The notes: generated by a model from the letters alone, not told the origin. A DNA stretch of 64,000 bases from Bacillota bacterium (GCA_023421675.1 JAEZTC010000009.1:52408-116407), one strand, 5' to 3'. Shown: positions 34,118 to 43,541, numbered from the stretch's first letter. Numbers and translations: made by a program.

Positions 34118-34154
34118 TCAAAAAAGCTGCTTACCTTTTTTAGGTAAACAGCTT
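34118..34154 (-). terminator. rho-independent terminator of the amino-acid ABC operon
   Basis: Minus-strand AAGCUGUUUACC-loop-GGUAAGCAGCUU forms 12 bp (one G-U that works only on this strand) followed by a U-run. It lies 15 nt after the stop at 34169. Confidence 0.8.
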
Positions 34155-34168
34155 AAATACTTTACTAA

Positions 34169-34927
34169 TTACAGTACCTTTTGCAGGAAGGATTTTGTCC
34201 TTTCATGCTTCGGATTTGAGAAAATCTCTTCAGGCTTGCCTTCCTCAAGGATTTCTCCCTTATCCATAAATATAACCCTGCTTCCAACTTCTCTTGCGAA
34301 GCCCATTTCATGGGTTACAACAACCATCGTCATTCCTTCTCTTGCCAGATCCTTCATAACCTCAAGAACCTCTCCAACAAGTTCAGGGTCAAGTGCCGAC
34401 GTAGGTTCATCGAAAAGCATTATATGCGGCTTCATTGCAAGAGCTCTTGCAATAGCAACTCTCTGCTGCTGTCCGCCTGAAAGCCTTGAAGGATATTCAT
34501 CAACCTTGTCCGCGAGTCCTACCTTTTCAAGTAAAATCTTTGCATACTCTACTGCTTCCTGCTTTGGAACCTTCCTTACTGTAACAGGAGCTTCCATTAC
34601 ATTCTGAAGAACCGTCATATGTGGAAATAAGTTAAATCTTTGAAACACCATTCCAAGATCTGAACATATCTCAGAAATCCTTTTATGGGATACCTTAAGC
34701 TGATCCTTACCGTCAACCCTCTCATCTGTAAGGTTGTCTTCTATATAAACCCGACCGCTTGTAATCCTTTCAAGATGGTTAAGCGACCTGAGCAGTGTGC
34801 TTTTTCCTGAACCACTGGGCCCTATTATACAAACAACCTCGCCCTTTTGAACCTCAAGATTTATATTCTTCAGAACCTCCAGAGGGCCGAACGATTTGCA
34901 TACATTTTCTACTTTAATCATTGACAT
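34169..34927 (-). CDS. polar amino acid ABC transporter ATP-binding protein (GlnQ-like)
   Basis: [37 protein letters not shown]. Confidence 0.92.
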   Translation of the reverse strand: MSMIKVENVCKSFGPLEVLKNINLEVQKGEVVCIIGPSGSGKSTLLRSLNHLERITSGRVYIEDNLTDERVDGKDQLKVSHKRISEICSDLGMVFQRFNLFPHMTVLQNVMEAPVTVRKVPKQEAVEYAKILLEKVGLADKVDEYPSRLSGGQQQRVAIARALAMKPHIMLFDEPTSALDPELVGEVLEVMKDLAREGMTMVVVTHEMGFAREVGSRVIFMDKGEILEEGKPEEIFSNPKHERTKSFLQKVL

Positions 34928-34942
34928 ATTAATCGCCCTCCT

Positions 34943-35590
34943 TTATTCATATACTGAATATTTCTTCTCGAGTCTTTGGAATATAAATGTAAATATTGAT
35001 GTCATTATAAGATACAATATGGCAGCAGGTATATAAATCGCAGCATCAGCTTTTGAGTTTGATATTGAAGTTGTAGTTTTCATCAATTCAGTCATTCCTA
35101 TCATAGACACAAGGGATGAGTCTTTTAGCAATGCAATAAGCTCATTACCAACAGGCGGAATCAATCTTCTGTATGACTGTGGAATGATTACTCTTTTCAT
35201 AGCTTGTCCGTAGCTCATTCCCAAGGCTTTAGACGCTTCCATCTGTCCCTTGTCTATTGATTGTATAGCTGCCCTTATTATTTCTGCCAGATAGGCTGCA
35301 GAATTCAATGCAAGAGCTATAAAGGCAGCAGGCATCTGCGGCAGTGTAATAGGAGTAAATAAAGGCAATGCAAAATAAATGAAGAATATCTGCATAAGCA
35401 GTGGAGTGCCCCTGAAAATCCAGATATAAACCCACGATATACCGTTTAGTGCTTTATTTTTTGATAATCTGCCCAGTGCAAGGAAAAGTCCTAAAACCAT
35501 ACCTCCAATAACAGAAACAACAGTTAATTCAAGGGTTTTAAGTGCACCTGGCGCTAGAGTAACAATATCATTCCAACTCAAAGCGAACAA
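34943..35590 (-). CDS. polar amino acid ABC transporter permease (His/Glu/Gln/Arg/opine family)
   Basis: EAA-loop region EASKALGMSYGQAMKRVIIPQ; five hydrophobic segments. Confidence 0.9.
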   Translation of the reverse strand: MFALSWNDIVTLAPGALKTLELTVVSVIGGMVLGLFLALGRLSKNKALNGISWVYIWIFRGTPLLMQIFFIYFALPLFTPITLPQMPAAFIALALNSAAYLAEIIRAAIQSIDKGQMEASKALGMSYGQAMKRVIIPQSYRRLIPPVGNELIALLKDSSLVSMIGMTELMKTTTSISNSKADAAIYIPAAILYLIMTSIFTFIFQRLEKKYSVYE

Positions 35591-35630
35591 CTCCTTAATA
35601 TTCCAAATGATATATTATTTTAGTCAGACA

Positions 35631-35654
35631 GCGAACCGGAATTAACCGGTTCGC
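35631..35654 (-). other. intercistronic GC-rich hairpin between the binding-protein and permease genes
   Basis: GCGAACCGG-aattaa-CCGGTTCGC is a perfect 9-bp stem with no clear U-tract. It sits 21 nt downstream of the binding-protein stop. Confidence 0.6.
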
Positions 35655-35674
35655 CTATTGTAATAAATAATTCT

Positions 35675-36490
35675 TTATTCTTCAGTAAGTTTTTCATCTA
35701 TATTATTAGTCAAGTCCTTACCGTTGTTCCACTTTTCAGATATCTTTTTAAGTGTTCCATCAGCTTTTATTTCTTCTAAAGCTTTATTCAGTTTTGACTG
35801 CAAATCTGAATTTGCCTTAGTCATACAAATTGAAATAGGTTCGTTTGTAAGTTTAACACTGCTTACCTTAAAGCTACTGGAATCTTTAGCTGCGTAGTCC
35901 TCAGCAACCATACCATCTGCTACAACAGCATCAAGCCTGCCTGTTTTTAAATCTGCAAATGGCTGTATAACCTGATCATATGATACTACTTCAAAACCTA
36001 TCTGGCTTTTATATTTATCTGCAGAACTGGATGCTGTAGTACCTCTCTGAACACCAATCTTTTTGCCTTTGAGATCCTCTAATTTATTTATACTGTTATT
36101 ACCGGGAGCAACAACTATGTATTGTCCGTTTGCAAGGTATGGCTTTGTGAAGAGATATTTTTCTGTTCTTGACTTAGTCATACTTACTGATGAAACTATT
36201 ATATCGTATTTATTTGTATCGAGTGCTGCAAATATTCCATCAAATATGATAGGAGTATATTCAGTCTTTACTCCCAGCTTTTGTGCAAGTGCCTCCGCGA
36301 GGTCTACATCAAAACCTACAAGCTTGTTTTTGTCATCCCTATACTCCATTGGAGGGTAGGAATCATCAACACCGATTCTTAAAACTTTTCCATCCCATGC
36401 TTTAGCCTTCGTACCACAAGCGCTTAATGTAAATGACATAATAAAAAGCATTGCCAGCGCTATACTCAATTTCTTAAACGAAATTGACAT
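35675..36490 (-). CDS. amino acid ABC transporter substrate-binding lipoprotein
   Basis: Lipobox LSAC after a signal peptide, and a type-3 SBP pattern (GVDDSYPPMEY.D..NKLVGFDVDLA). Confidence 0.9.
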   Translation of the reverse strand: MSISFKKLSIALAMLFIMSFTLSACGTKAKAWDGKVLRIGVDDSYPPMEYRDDKNKLVGFDVDLAEALAQKLGVKTEYTPIIFDGIFAALDTNKYDIIVSSVSMTKSRTEKYLFTKPYLANGQYIVVAPGNNSINKLEDLKGKKIGVQRGTTASSSADKYKSQIGFEVVSYDQVIQPFADLKTGRLDAVVADGMVAEDYAAKDSSSFKVSSVKLTNEPISICMTKANSDLQSKLNKALEEIKADGTLKKISEKWNNGKDLTNNIDEKLTEE

Positions 36491-36690
36491 AAATTTTCCC
36501 CCTTTAAAATTATATCTTTTAATGTTTTACTCCTCTTTATATTGAAAATTGTTAATAATCAAATGAAATTAAACAGAACTGAGCACGACATTGTGCGGTT
36601 TTCTCTACAATAAATTATAATATAACAAATCAGTATGGTTTACAACAATTTATACAGCGATATTTTTAGGAAATAATTATACAATTTCTC

Positions 36691-37077
36691 CTAGTTCTCA
36701 TTCAGTTTTTTAAATATCGCATCTTTCACTTTATTACTTACATGCATCACATTTGTACCTTCATTTATCAAGGCCTTACGAATATACTCTATTTCAGCCT
36801 CGGTCAAATGTACAACCCTGCCTTTAACATCAGACTTAACATCCTTCATGATTTCAGCTATGGTATTTTTAGCACTATCCATGCTGTTAAAGTAATAAAC
36901 CTCAAGTGCTTCATCATAAACTGCATTATTATTAAGAAACTTTTCTTTTACTGCGGAAGCTTTAACACCGACTATCCTGGCCAAATCATTTATTTTATAA
37001 ACTCCAAGGTAATCTATGTAGTAGCATTCATCTTTTCTTCCGGATTTCCTTACAACAAAATTGGACTCACTTACCAT
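36691..37077 (-). CDS. hypothetical protein
   Basis: 128-aa ORF with ordinary amino-acid composition. The overlapping plus-strand ORF 36742..37191 is Ile/Phe/Tyr-rich and looks like a shadow. No family recognised. Confidence 0.5.
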   Translation of the reverse strand: MVSESNFVVRKSGRKDECYYIDYLGVYKINDLARIVGVKASAVKEKFLNNNAVYDEALEVYYFNSMDSAKNTIAEIMKDVKSDVKGRVVHLTEAEIEYIRKALINEGTNVMHVSNKVKDAIFKKLNEN

Positions 37078-37323
37078 AAACTGTACCTCCCGAGAGATTA
37101 CATAAAATATGCAGCCTTACTAACTATTATATTATATCAGCGTCTTTTGCATGAAACAATATATTATATTATACACCCCGCAAAAGCATAAAAATATAAT
37201 TTTCCGGCTAATAACATAAATCATTTCACTTACTTTATTTTTTATACTACATTATATATAATTGTAAACATAGTCTTTGAGAAAATCCTATAAAGACTCC
37301 AATAAAAAAAGGCAGGTGCACAA

Positions 37324-39582
37324 ATGAAAATTCTTCATCTTATCGGAGGCGGAGATGTAGGCGGAGCAAGAGTACATGTCCTGTCTCTCGTTAAGGAACT
37401 AGGCAAGCACATTGATGTTAAAATAATAAGTCTCAGGCCCGGCATGTTTTCAGACGAAGCCCGTGAAATGGGAATAGACATAGAAGTAGTTAAAACAGGT
37501 AACATTGTTTCAGATATAAAAAGAGTAATCCATGTTGTACGGGAAGGTAAATTTGAGGCTGTTCACTCTCATGGTGCAAAAGCAAACATGATTGCCATTG
37601 TAGTCAAGTACTTTACCGGTATTCCTACTGTTACAACTGTTCACAGTGATTACAGGCTTGACTATCTTGAAAGTAAGGCAAAACAATATACCTTTGGTTT
37701 AATCAATTCATTTGCTTTGCGCCACATAGACTATTACACAGGCGTTTCAGACAACTTTAAAAAAATGCTTATCGAGAGGAAATTCTCTCCTTCAAAAATA
37801 TTTACCGTTTATAATGGTATCAGCTTTGATCGAAAGATACTGACTTACTCTAAAGAGGCTTTTATAAAAAAATACGGTTTAAGCCTAAATCAGGATGATA
37901 TTGCCGTGGGCATTCTTGCAAGGCTGTACCCTGTAAAAGGCATTGATACCTTCATAGCTGCCGCCAACGAGGTTGTCGCAAAAAATCCTTCAATAAAATT
38001 TATAATTGGAGGTGACGGCGAAGACCGCGCTGCACTCGAAAAAAAGGTTGCACAGCTTGGAATCGGCAATAATGTTTATTTTGCCGGCTGGGTGGATGAC
38101 CCTTACGAATTTATGAGCAACATGGATATAAATGTCCTCACATCAATAAGCGAGAGCTTCCCTTATTCCATTTTGGAGGGAGCGCTTCTTAAAAAAGCAA
38201 CCATCAGCAGCGATGTGGGAGGTATATCAGACCTTATAGAAAACAACTCAAATGGGTATCTGTTTAATTCCGGCGATTATAAGAAGCTGGCGGAACATAT
38301 AATCGAACTTTCGGGTAATACAGATTTAAGACTGAAATTCGGTGAAAAAATCTATGAAAAAGCCCGTAAATTCTTTTCCATCGAAAGTATGTGCTCAAGA
38401 CAGATAGAAATATATGAAAAGGTACTGTTTTTTGAGTCTCCCGAAAGACGCAAAAAACACCTTAACAGGAAATACTACTTTGATGCGATAGTTTCTGGTT
38501 ATTATGGTTCAGGCAATCTGGGTGACGATGCCATATTAACAGCATTAATAAAAGATCTAGGTTTATATAAGGAAAACATAAGACTGCTTGTAATTTCCAG
38601 AAATGCTATGGCTACTAAAAAAGCCTTTCTTGTAGATTCAATAGAGCGTCTGAGCCTGATAAAGTTCATTCGCGCATTAAAAAACTCCAAATTGTTTATT
38701 AACGGAGGCGGAAGCCTTATACAGGATATAAAAAGTACACGATCCCTTATTTACTACCTTGGAACTATCTGGCTTGCAAAAAAAATGCACACAAAAGTAA
38801 TGCTTTATGCCAATGGTATTGGTCCGGTTATAAGGGGCGGAAACAGAAAGCTTACCCGTCATGTACTTAGCAAGGTAGACTATATAACTTTAAGAGAAAA
38901 TGCATCAATTTCAGAGTTGGAAGCAATGAACATTACTAAACCGAAATATCAGGTAACTTCTGACCCTGCAATGGCGTTGGAATTACCGACAGATATAGAC
39001 GTTGAAGCCATCTTCAGAAATGAAGGTTATACATATGAAGGCCCTTATGCGTGCTTCTCAATAAGACGATGGGGCATGCACAAAAATTATAAGGAAGTTA
39101 TAGCAAAAACAGCAGACTATATAACTCAAAATTATAATCTTAAATGTGTGTTTGTACCAATGCACCATCCGGCAGATGCAATTGTTGCTGAAGAAGTTGC
39201 ATCGCTTATGAATGAAAAGGCTTATGTATTCAAAAACAAATACACGGTTGCTCAAATGGTTGCTATTACAATGAAGATGGACATGCTTGTAGGGATGAGA
39301 CTTCATGCCTTAATATTTGCAGCAATAGCAGGAGTCCCTTTTGTAGGGCTTGAGTATGAAAATAAAATTGAAGGCTTTTTAAGGCATGTTAATCAATTTG
39401 AAAATACAATGGCGGGACATGTAAGTGAACTCAGATACGACAAGCTTAAGGAAATCGTTGATAATGTGTGGAACAACAGGGAGCAAATAAAAAAAGAGCT
39501 GGCGGAAATCACTCCCGAGCTTAAGGAAAAGGCTCTTTTGAACGCAAAAATTGCCGTCGAACTTATAGAGGAGGACAAATGA
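37324..39582 (+). CDS. fusion protein: N-terminal GT4 (family-1 fold) glycosyltransferase plus C-terminal polysaccharide pyruvyl transferase CsaB
   Basis: aa 1-370 carry GT4 motifs (GGDVGGARVHV; SISESFPYSILEGALLKKATISSDVGG). aa about 385-752 carry CsaB motifs (VSGYYGSGNLGDDAILTAL; INGGGSLIQDIKSTRSLIYYLG; GMRLHALIFA). Confidence 0.85.
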   Translation: MKILHLIGGGDVGGARVHVLSLVKELGKHIDVKIISLRPGMFSDEAREMGIDIEVVKTGNIVSDIKRVIHVVREGKFEAVHSHGAKANMIAIVVKYFTGIPTVTTVHSDYRLDYLESKAKQYTFGLINSFALRHIDYYTGVSDNFKKMLIERKFSPSKIFTVYNGISFDRKILTYSKEAFIKKYGLSLNQDDIAVGILARLYPVKGIDTFIAAANEVVAKNPSIKFIIGGDGEDRAALEKKVAQLGIGNNVYFAGWVDDPYEFMSNMDINVLTSISESFPYSILEGALLKKATISSDVGGISDLIENNSNGYLFNSGDYKKLAEHIIELSGNTDLRLKFGEKIYEKARKFFSIESMCSRQIEIYEKVLFFESPERRKKHLNRKYYFDAIVSGYYGSGNLGDDAILTALIKDLGLYKENIRLLVISRNAMATKKAFLVDSIERLSLIKFIRALKNSKLFINGGGSLIQDIKSTRSLIYYLGTIWLAKKMHTKVMLYANGIGPVIRGGNRKLTRHVLSKVDYITLRENASISELEAMNITKPKYQVTSDPAMALELPTDIDVEAIFRNEGYTYEGPYACFSIRRWGMHKNYKEVIAKTADYITQNYNLKCVFVPMHHPADAIVAEEVASLMNEKAYVFKNKYTVAQMVAITMKMDMLVGMRLHALIFAAIAGVPFVGLEYENKIEGFLRHVNQFENTMAGHVSELRYDKLKEIVDNVWNNREQIKKELAEITPELKEKALLNAKIAVELIEEDK

Positions 39583-40322
39583 GAAAAACTGCAGAAATTT
39601 TAGGGGTTCCTTTAGACAGTGTTACAATGCATCAGGCAGTTGATATTACTCTTAGTTTCCTTAAAGAAGACAGAAATCATGCTGTTTATACACCCAATTC
39701 AGAGATAATCATGGCCGCACACCGGGATGAACAGTTGAAAAATATATTAAAGAATTCCGATATGACAGTAGCTGACGGAGCAGGCGTAATACTGGCCTCA
39801 AAAATTTTAAAGCTCGGACTTCCCGAAAAGGTTTCTGGTATAGATCTTGTTAGGAACTTATTCAAAATTTCACCTGAAAACAACATAAGCTACTTCTTTT
39901 TCGGCAGCAAACCGGGAGTAGCAGAAGCAGCAGGTGAAAAAATACGTTCAGCTTACGGAGATATAAATATAAATGGTTACAGGAACGGTTATTTTGCAGA
40001 AACAGACGAAGCTGATATTGTAGAACAAATCAACTCTTCAGGGGCTGATGTCCTTTTAGTTGCTCTTGGTGCTCCAAAACAGGAAAAGTGGATATATAAA
40101 CATAAGAGTGAACTTAAAGTAAAGGTTTGCATTGGTATAGGAGGAAGCCTGGATGTTTTTGCGGGAACAGTAAAGCTGGCTCCTGAATTTTACAGAAAAC
40201 ACGGTCTCGAATGGTTTTACAGGCTTTGTAAGGAGCCATGGAGATATAAGAGGATGCTTGATTTGCCAAGGTTTATATTAAGAATTCTGGCAATAAAGCT
40301 TCATTTAAGAAAAAATGTTTAA
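39579..40322 (+). CDS. WecB/TagA/CpsF-family (GT26) N-acetylmannosaminyltransferase-like protein
   Basis: ILGVPLDSVTMHQAVD...VYTPNSEIIMAA...VADGAGVILASK...GAPKQEKWI. It has an ATGA overlap with the CsaB fusion gene. Confidence 0.88.
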   Translation: MRKTAEILGVPLDSVTMHQAVDITLSFLKEDRNHAVYTPNSEIIMAAHRDEQLKNILKNSDMTVADGAGVILASKILKLGLPEKVSGIDLVRNLFKISPENNISYFFFGSKPGVAEAAGEKIRSAYGDININGYRNGYFAETDEADIVEQINSSGADVLLVALGAPKQEKWIYKHKSELKVKVCIGIGGSLDVFAGTVKLAPEFYRKHGLEWFYRLCKEPWRYKRMLDLPRFILRILAIKLHLRKNV

Positions 40323-40324
40323 CT

Positions 40325-42166
40325 TCAATCTATTGTTTTTCCAGTATAATCCCTTAAGTTGAAGTCAGCAAGATAATAAGCCATATCCATAGTCAAAACG
40401 TCATTTGGAGTGTTTTCAATCTTTGCTTTAACCTTGCTGTCAATGTAACCCAGATCACAGGCCTTTTCATAAGCACCCGGAAGATCTATTTCTACAGAAT
40501 TCAAAGCAGTAAGGATTTTACCTGCAATATCTTTTGTGAGTTTATCTTCAGTAAAAAACGGTCTGAGCTTTGCATCAAATTCAAGGTTATACTGCGAAGC
40601 ATCAATTCTGTAAACACCGTTAAGCAGCATCATTGCAAGGTCCTGTGATGTTGCTTCCTTATTGTATTTATAATTATTTTCATCTCCTCCGGCAATAAGT
40701 CCCAGACTTCTAAGACGTTTTACGGAATCATACGACCAGTTCGAAGCATTAATATCCTTGGATTTTATAGGCGGAATACTGACGCCCTGTCTCCTTAAAA
40801 ATTGTCCCAGTTCCTTGATCAGTTTGCTATCACCAGATATGTCTGCAGGTAAAACATTTTTATATGATGAATATACAGCAACTACCCCTGCAGCTTCACC
40901 TGTGGATATACTTGCATCAAATCTGCCGGCACTGCTGGAAACCAATGAGGAATAGGACGCTTTCCCCCCTGTCATAAGTAGATTGTCTACCTTGTCAGCT
41001 ATTATACATCCAAGCGGAATTCCATACTGGTCAGGTTTACCTATAACATACTCAGGACTTTTATCAGCAAGCTTACCTCCATAAACAGGTGCAGATCCCA
41101 TCGCAATTTTATCCGGGAAATCCTTGTTTGTAAGTACATCGTTAACACTCAAAGTGTAATGTCCCTTAAAATGCTTATATTCAGGCATCAGAAATCCTTC
41201 AGCCGCTTTAACAAATTTGGCATTCCTAAAAACCTTGAAGGTTTTGCTTAAGAATTCGGCAAGATCCTTGGACTCATTAACTGCGGCATTATATATTTCC
41301 TGCGTCCTCTTTTGATTTGAAAAATCTATTCCAAAGGCTTCTACACCTTTAACAATGATTTTCCCGTCTCCCTGGTCATAAACATTGAAGTCGTTTATTC
41401 TTAAATTTACATCAGACGTCTTGTATTTTCCAAGCGCTTCGTAGAATTCCTTTGATTTGGAACTAAACACCATTTTTACATCAGACCACTTAATGCCTTC
41501 AATTTCAAAATTCAACTGTGCAGGCTGAAAACTCTGCGGAAGGTTTAAGTCACCCGAACCATAATAGAAAGGCACACCGCAGCTTTCGAGAAGCTTTCCT
41601 TCACGGGTGGAATCTATGAACACCATCCCACTGTAGGTGGTTGTTTTCCCACTTACACTCACGCTTATACTCTTTAGTTTTCCGTCCTCAACAACAGACT
41701 TTTCAAGCTTTGCATCATATACTACCTTAATACGGCTCTCATCCTTTACAAGCTCTGTCATTGTTTTAGTATAATTTTCAAGACTGGTATTGTTCCCAAG
41801 CCTGCTCATAAACTCCTGAACCAGTCCCCTGTTTACACCAATACCTTTAGAATTTTTACTTATATAGAAATCAGTAGATAAGTTTTTACTGATAAAACCT
41901 CCCAGATTACTGTCTTGTGTTATAAGCAGAGTATTTGCACCTATTCTTGCAGACGATATAGCAGCGGCAATACCTTCAGGATCACTACCTACCACAACTA
42001 CATCATATACATTCTCCGATTTTGGAAGCTTACCCTTTGCCCAGGTATTCTGCTTTCTGTCCTTAAACGAATAATCGCTGCTGAATATAGGGCGTACCCC
42101 AAATTGATACACAAGGAAGAATACAACTAATATTAATACTATTCTGAAAATGGATTCCTTTTTCAT
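40325..42166 (-). CDS. membrane-anchored or secreted FAD-dependent oxidoreductase-family protein with a C-terminal SLH-like segment
   Basis: N-terminal TM helix, then a dinucleotide-binding motif YDVVVVGSDPEGIAAAISSAR.GANTLLI. The C-terminal segment NWSYDSVKRLRSLGLIAGGDENNYKYNKEATSQDLAMMLLN resembles an S-layer homology motif. Confidence 0.65.
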   Translation of the reverse strand: MKKESIFRIVLILVVFFLVYQFGVRPIFSSDYSFKDRKQNTWAKGKLPKSENVYDVVVVGSDPEGIAAAISSARIGANTLLITQDSNLGGFISKNLSTDFYISKNSKGIGVNRGLVQEFMSRLGNNTSLENYTKTMTELVKDESRIKVVYDAKLEKSVVEDGKLKSISVSVSGKTTTYSGMVFIDSTREGKLLESCGVPFYYGSGDLNLPQSFQPAQLNFEIEGIKWSDVKMVFSSKSKEFYEALGKYKTSDVNLRINDFNVYDQGDGKIIVKGVEAFGIDFSNQKRTQEIYNAAVNESKDLAEFLSKTFKVFRNAKFVKAAEGFLMPEYKHFKGHYTLSVNDVLTNKDFPDKIAMGSAPVYGGKLADKSPEYVIGKPDQYGIPLGCIIADKVDNLLMTGGKASYSSLVSSSAGRFDASISTGEAAGVVAVYSSYKNVLPADISGDSKLIKELGQFLRRQGVSIPPIKSKDINASNWSYDSVKRLRSLGLIAGGDENNYKYNKEATSQDLAMMLLNGVYRIDASQYNLEFDAKLRPFFTEDKLTKDIAGKILTALNSVEIDLPGAYEKACDLGYIDSKVKAKIENTPNDVLTMDMAYYLADFNLRDYTGKTID

Positions 42167-42207
42167 TTTTCCTCCATGTATTTAACAATAAAAAAAATGC
42201 TCTTATG

Positions 42208-42395
42208 TATATAGGATGAAGTAAATTTCTTATACATCATTTGCATTTCTACAGCCAAATGCAAATCGGTATCAAATCAGATTTACTTTATCCTATTACA
42301 GATGTAATAAGTTGAATTAAAATCATTTATCATACCATCATGTCCGGCATTAAGGACATGATGCATATTGAAAATTTAATTCAACTTATATTAAA
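42208..42395. repeat. copy 2 of the approximately 185-nt multi-hairpin intergenic repeat
   Basis: See copy 1. The conserved perfect stems are 42239..42248/42257..42266 and 42307..42321/42375..42389, plus the nested CATCATG/CATGATG stem. Differences from copy 1 fall mainly in loops and spacers. Confidence 0.85.
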
Positions 42396-42482
42396 TATTA
42401 TATCGGCATATAAGAGTATTTTTATTACATGTCTATAAATTTCAATTTTTTGGTTAAAAAATGTAAAATTTCATCTTATTGC

Positions 42483-42511
42483 ATTGACATACATTTACAT
42501 TTATTTTATAA
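42483..42511 (+). promoter_or_regulatory. perfect-consensus sigma-A promoter (TTGACA-17-TATAAT)
   Basis: TTGACA at 42483..42488, a 17-nt spacer, then TATAAT at 42506..42511. A second TG-extended -10 (TGgTATAAT) is at 42572..42580. Both lie upstream of the 42740 ORF. Confidence 0.6.
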
Positions 42512-42739
42512 TATGTTATATGTATTACAATATTATACATTATTTACACTATTATTCATTCCATAATTCTATGGTATAATCTTATAAACCTTTATTCTAA
42601 TACCTACAACAATATTCTTACTTTCTTTGCAAAAAATATTGAAAGAAGGTGAGCAAATGGGAAGAATTAGATCCCCTAACAAGTATGGTATTTTATGACC
42701 GAACGTAATATATAATAGGCGAGAGAGGATGATATTATT

Positions 42740-43492
42740 ATGTTAAAAAAAGTACTATGTTTACTAATGTGTTTTAGTCTATTAAGTATAGGTGTTGTTA
42801 ATGCCCAAACTAAAGAAAATGTTAGCAAAGTAGTTTTTAAAGCGGAAGAAATTACTGACATAAGTAAAATTGAGGAACGAGCTGATAAGGGAATTACAGA
42901 TGACAAAAATTTTACTGCAGCAAGTTGTATTATTAAAGATAATAATGGATCACCTATTGATATTAAATCTGCGAAAACTACCTCACAAAAAATCAAAGAA
43001 ACAAAAAGCGATAATGGTGATACCATAACTGAATACTCAGCTAATATAATTGCATCAATTCCAGGACCAGAAGAAATTTCAGCATATGATAGCAATGGCT
43101 ATAATGCATTATTATATGTTAATGTATCATATGAAGTAGGAACATTAGGGACTTACAATCTATACAAAATTAATTCCCTTAAAGGGAAATTAGTTAAATT
43201 AGATTCATCAATAGTGTTATCAAGAATGGATATACAAGAAATGTGTTACGGAACAAAATATACAAGTGTTAGTTCTTCTGGGTTCGCTGGAGTAGATTCA
43301 TATAATATGACGGCTATTGCAAACAGTCCTACAAATAATACATATTATTATAATAATAGTTTATCACCTTATTATTGGAACCTTGCAGATGGCACCGCCG
43401 GCACTTACATAAAAGGTATTACAACAGGATATTTTTCAAGAGCTGGTAGTTCATGGTCAGCACAAGTAGATTGGAAAAGAACTGCTTCTTAA
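42740..43492 (+). CDS. secreted protein of unknown function (AT-rich orphan)
   Basis: Signal peptide MLKKVLCLLMCFSLLSIGVVNA|QT. The mature part is Asn/Ser/Tyr-rich. The gene has its own promoter(s) and terminator. No family recognised. Confidence 0.7.
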   Translation: MLKKVLCLLMCFSLLSIGVVNAQTKENVSKVVFKAEEITDISKIEERADKGITDDKNFTAASCIIKDNNGSPIDIKSAKTTSQKIKETKSDNGDTITEYSANIIASIPGPEEISAYDSNGYNALLYVNVSYEVGTLGTYNLYKINSLKGKLVKLDSSIVLSRMDIQEMCYGTKYTSVSSSGFAGVDSYNMTAIANSPTNNTYYYNNSLSPYYWNLADGTAGTYIKGITTGYFSRAGSSWSAQVDWKRTAS

Positions 43493-43512
43493 TTTAAAAT
43501 TACTCTAATTTA

Positions 43513-43541
43513 ACTCTTTCCCATTATGGGAAAGAGTTTTT
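43513..43541 (+). terminator. rho-independent terminator
   Basis: ACTCTTTCCC-attat-GGGAAAGAGT followed by TTTT. Confidence 0.8.

Noticed and set aside
36742-37191. 149-aa plus-strand ORF opposite the 36691..37077 hypothetical gene.
   Set aside because: Ile/Phe/Tyr/Asn-rich composition is typical of antisense translation of AT-rich coding DNA, whereas the minus-strand product has balanced composition. Neither was identified by family, so the residual uncertainty is reflected in the 0.5 confidence of the minus-strand call.
42676-43095. 139-aa minus-strand ORF opposite the orphan secreted-protein gene.
   Set aside because: It has no SD and is a Ser/Leu/Ile-rich shadow. The plus-strand ORF has a signal peptide, SD, promoter and terminator.
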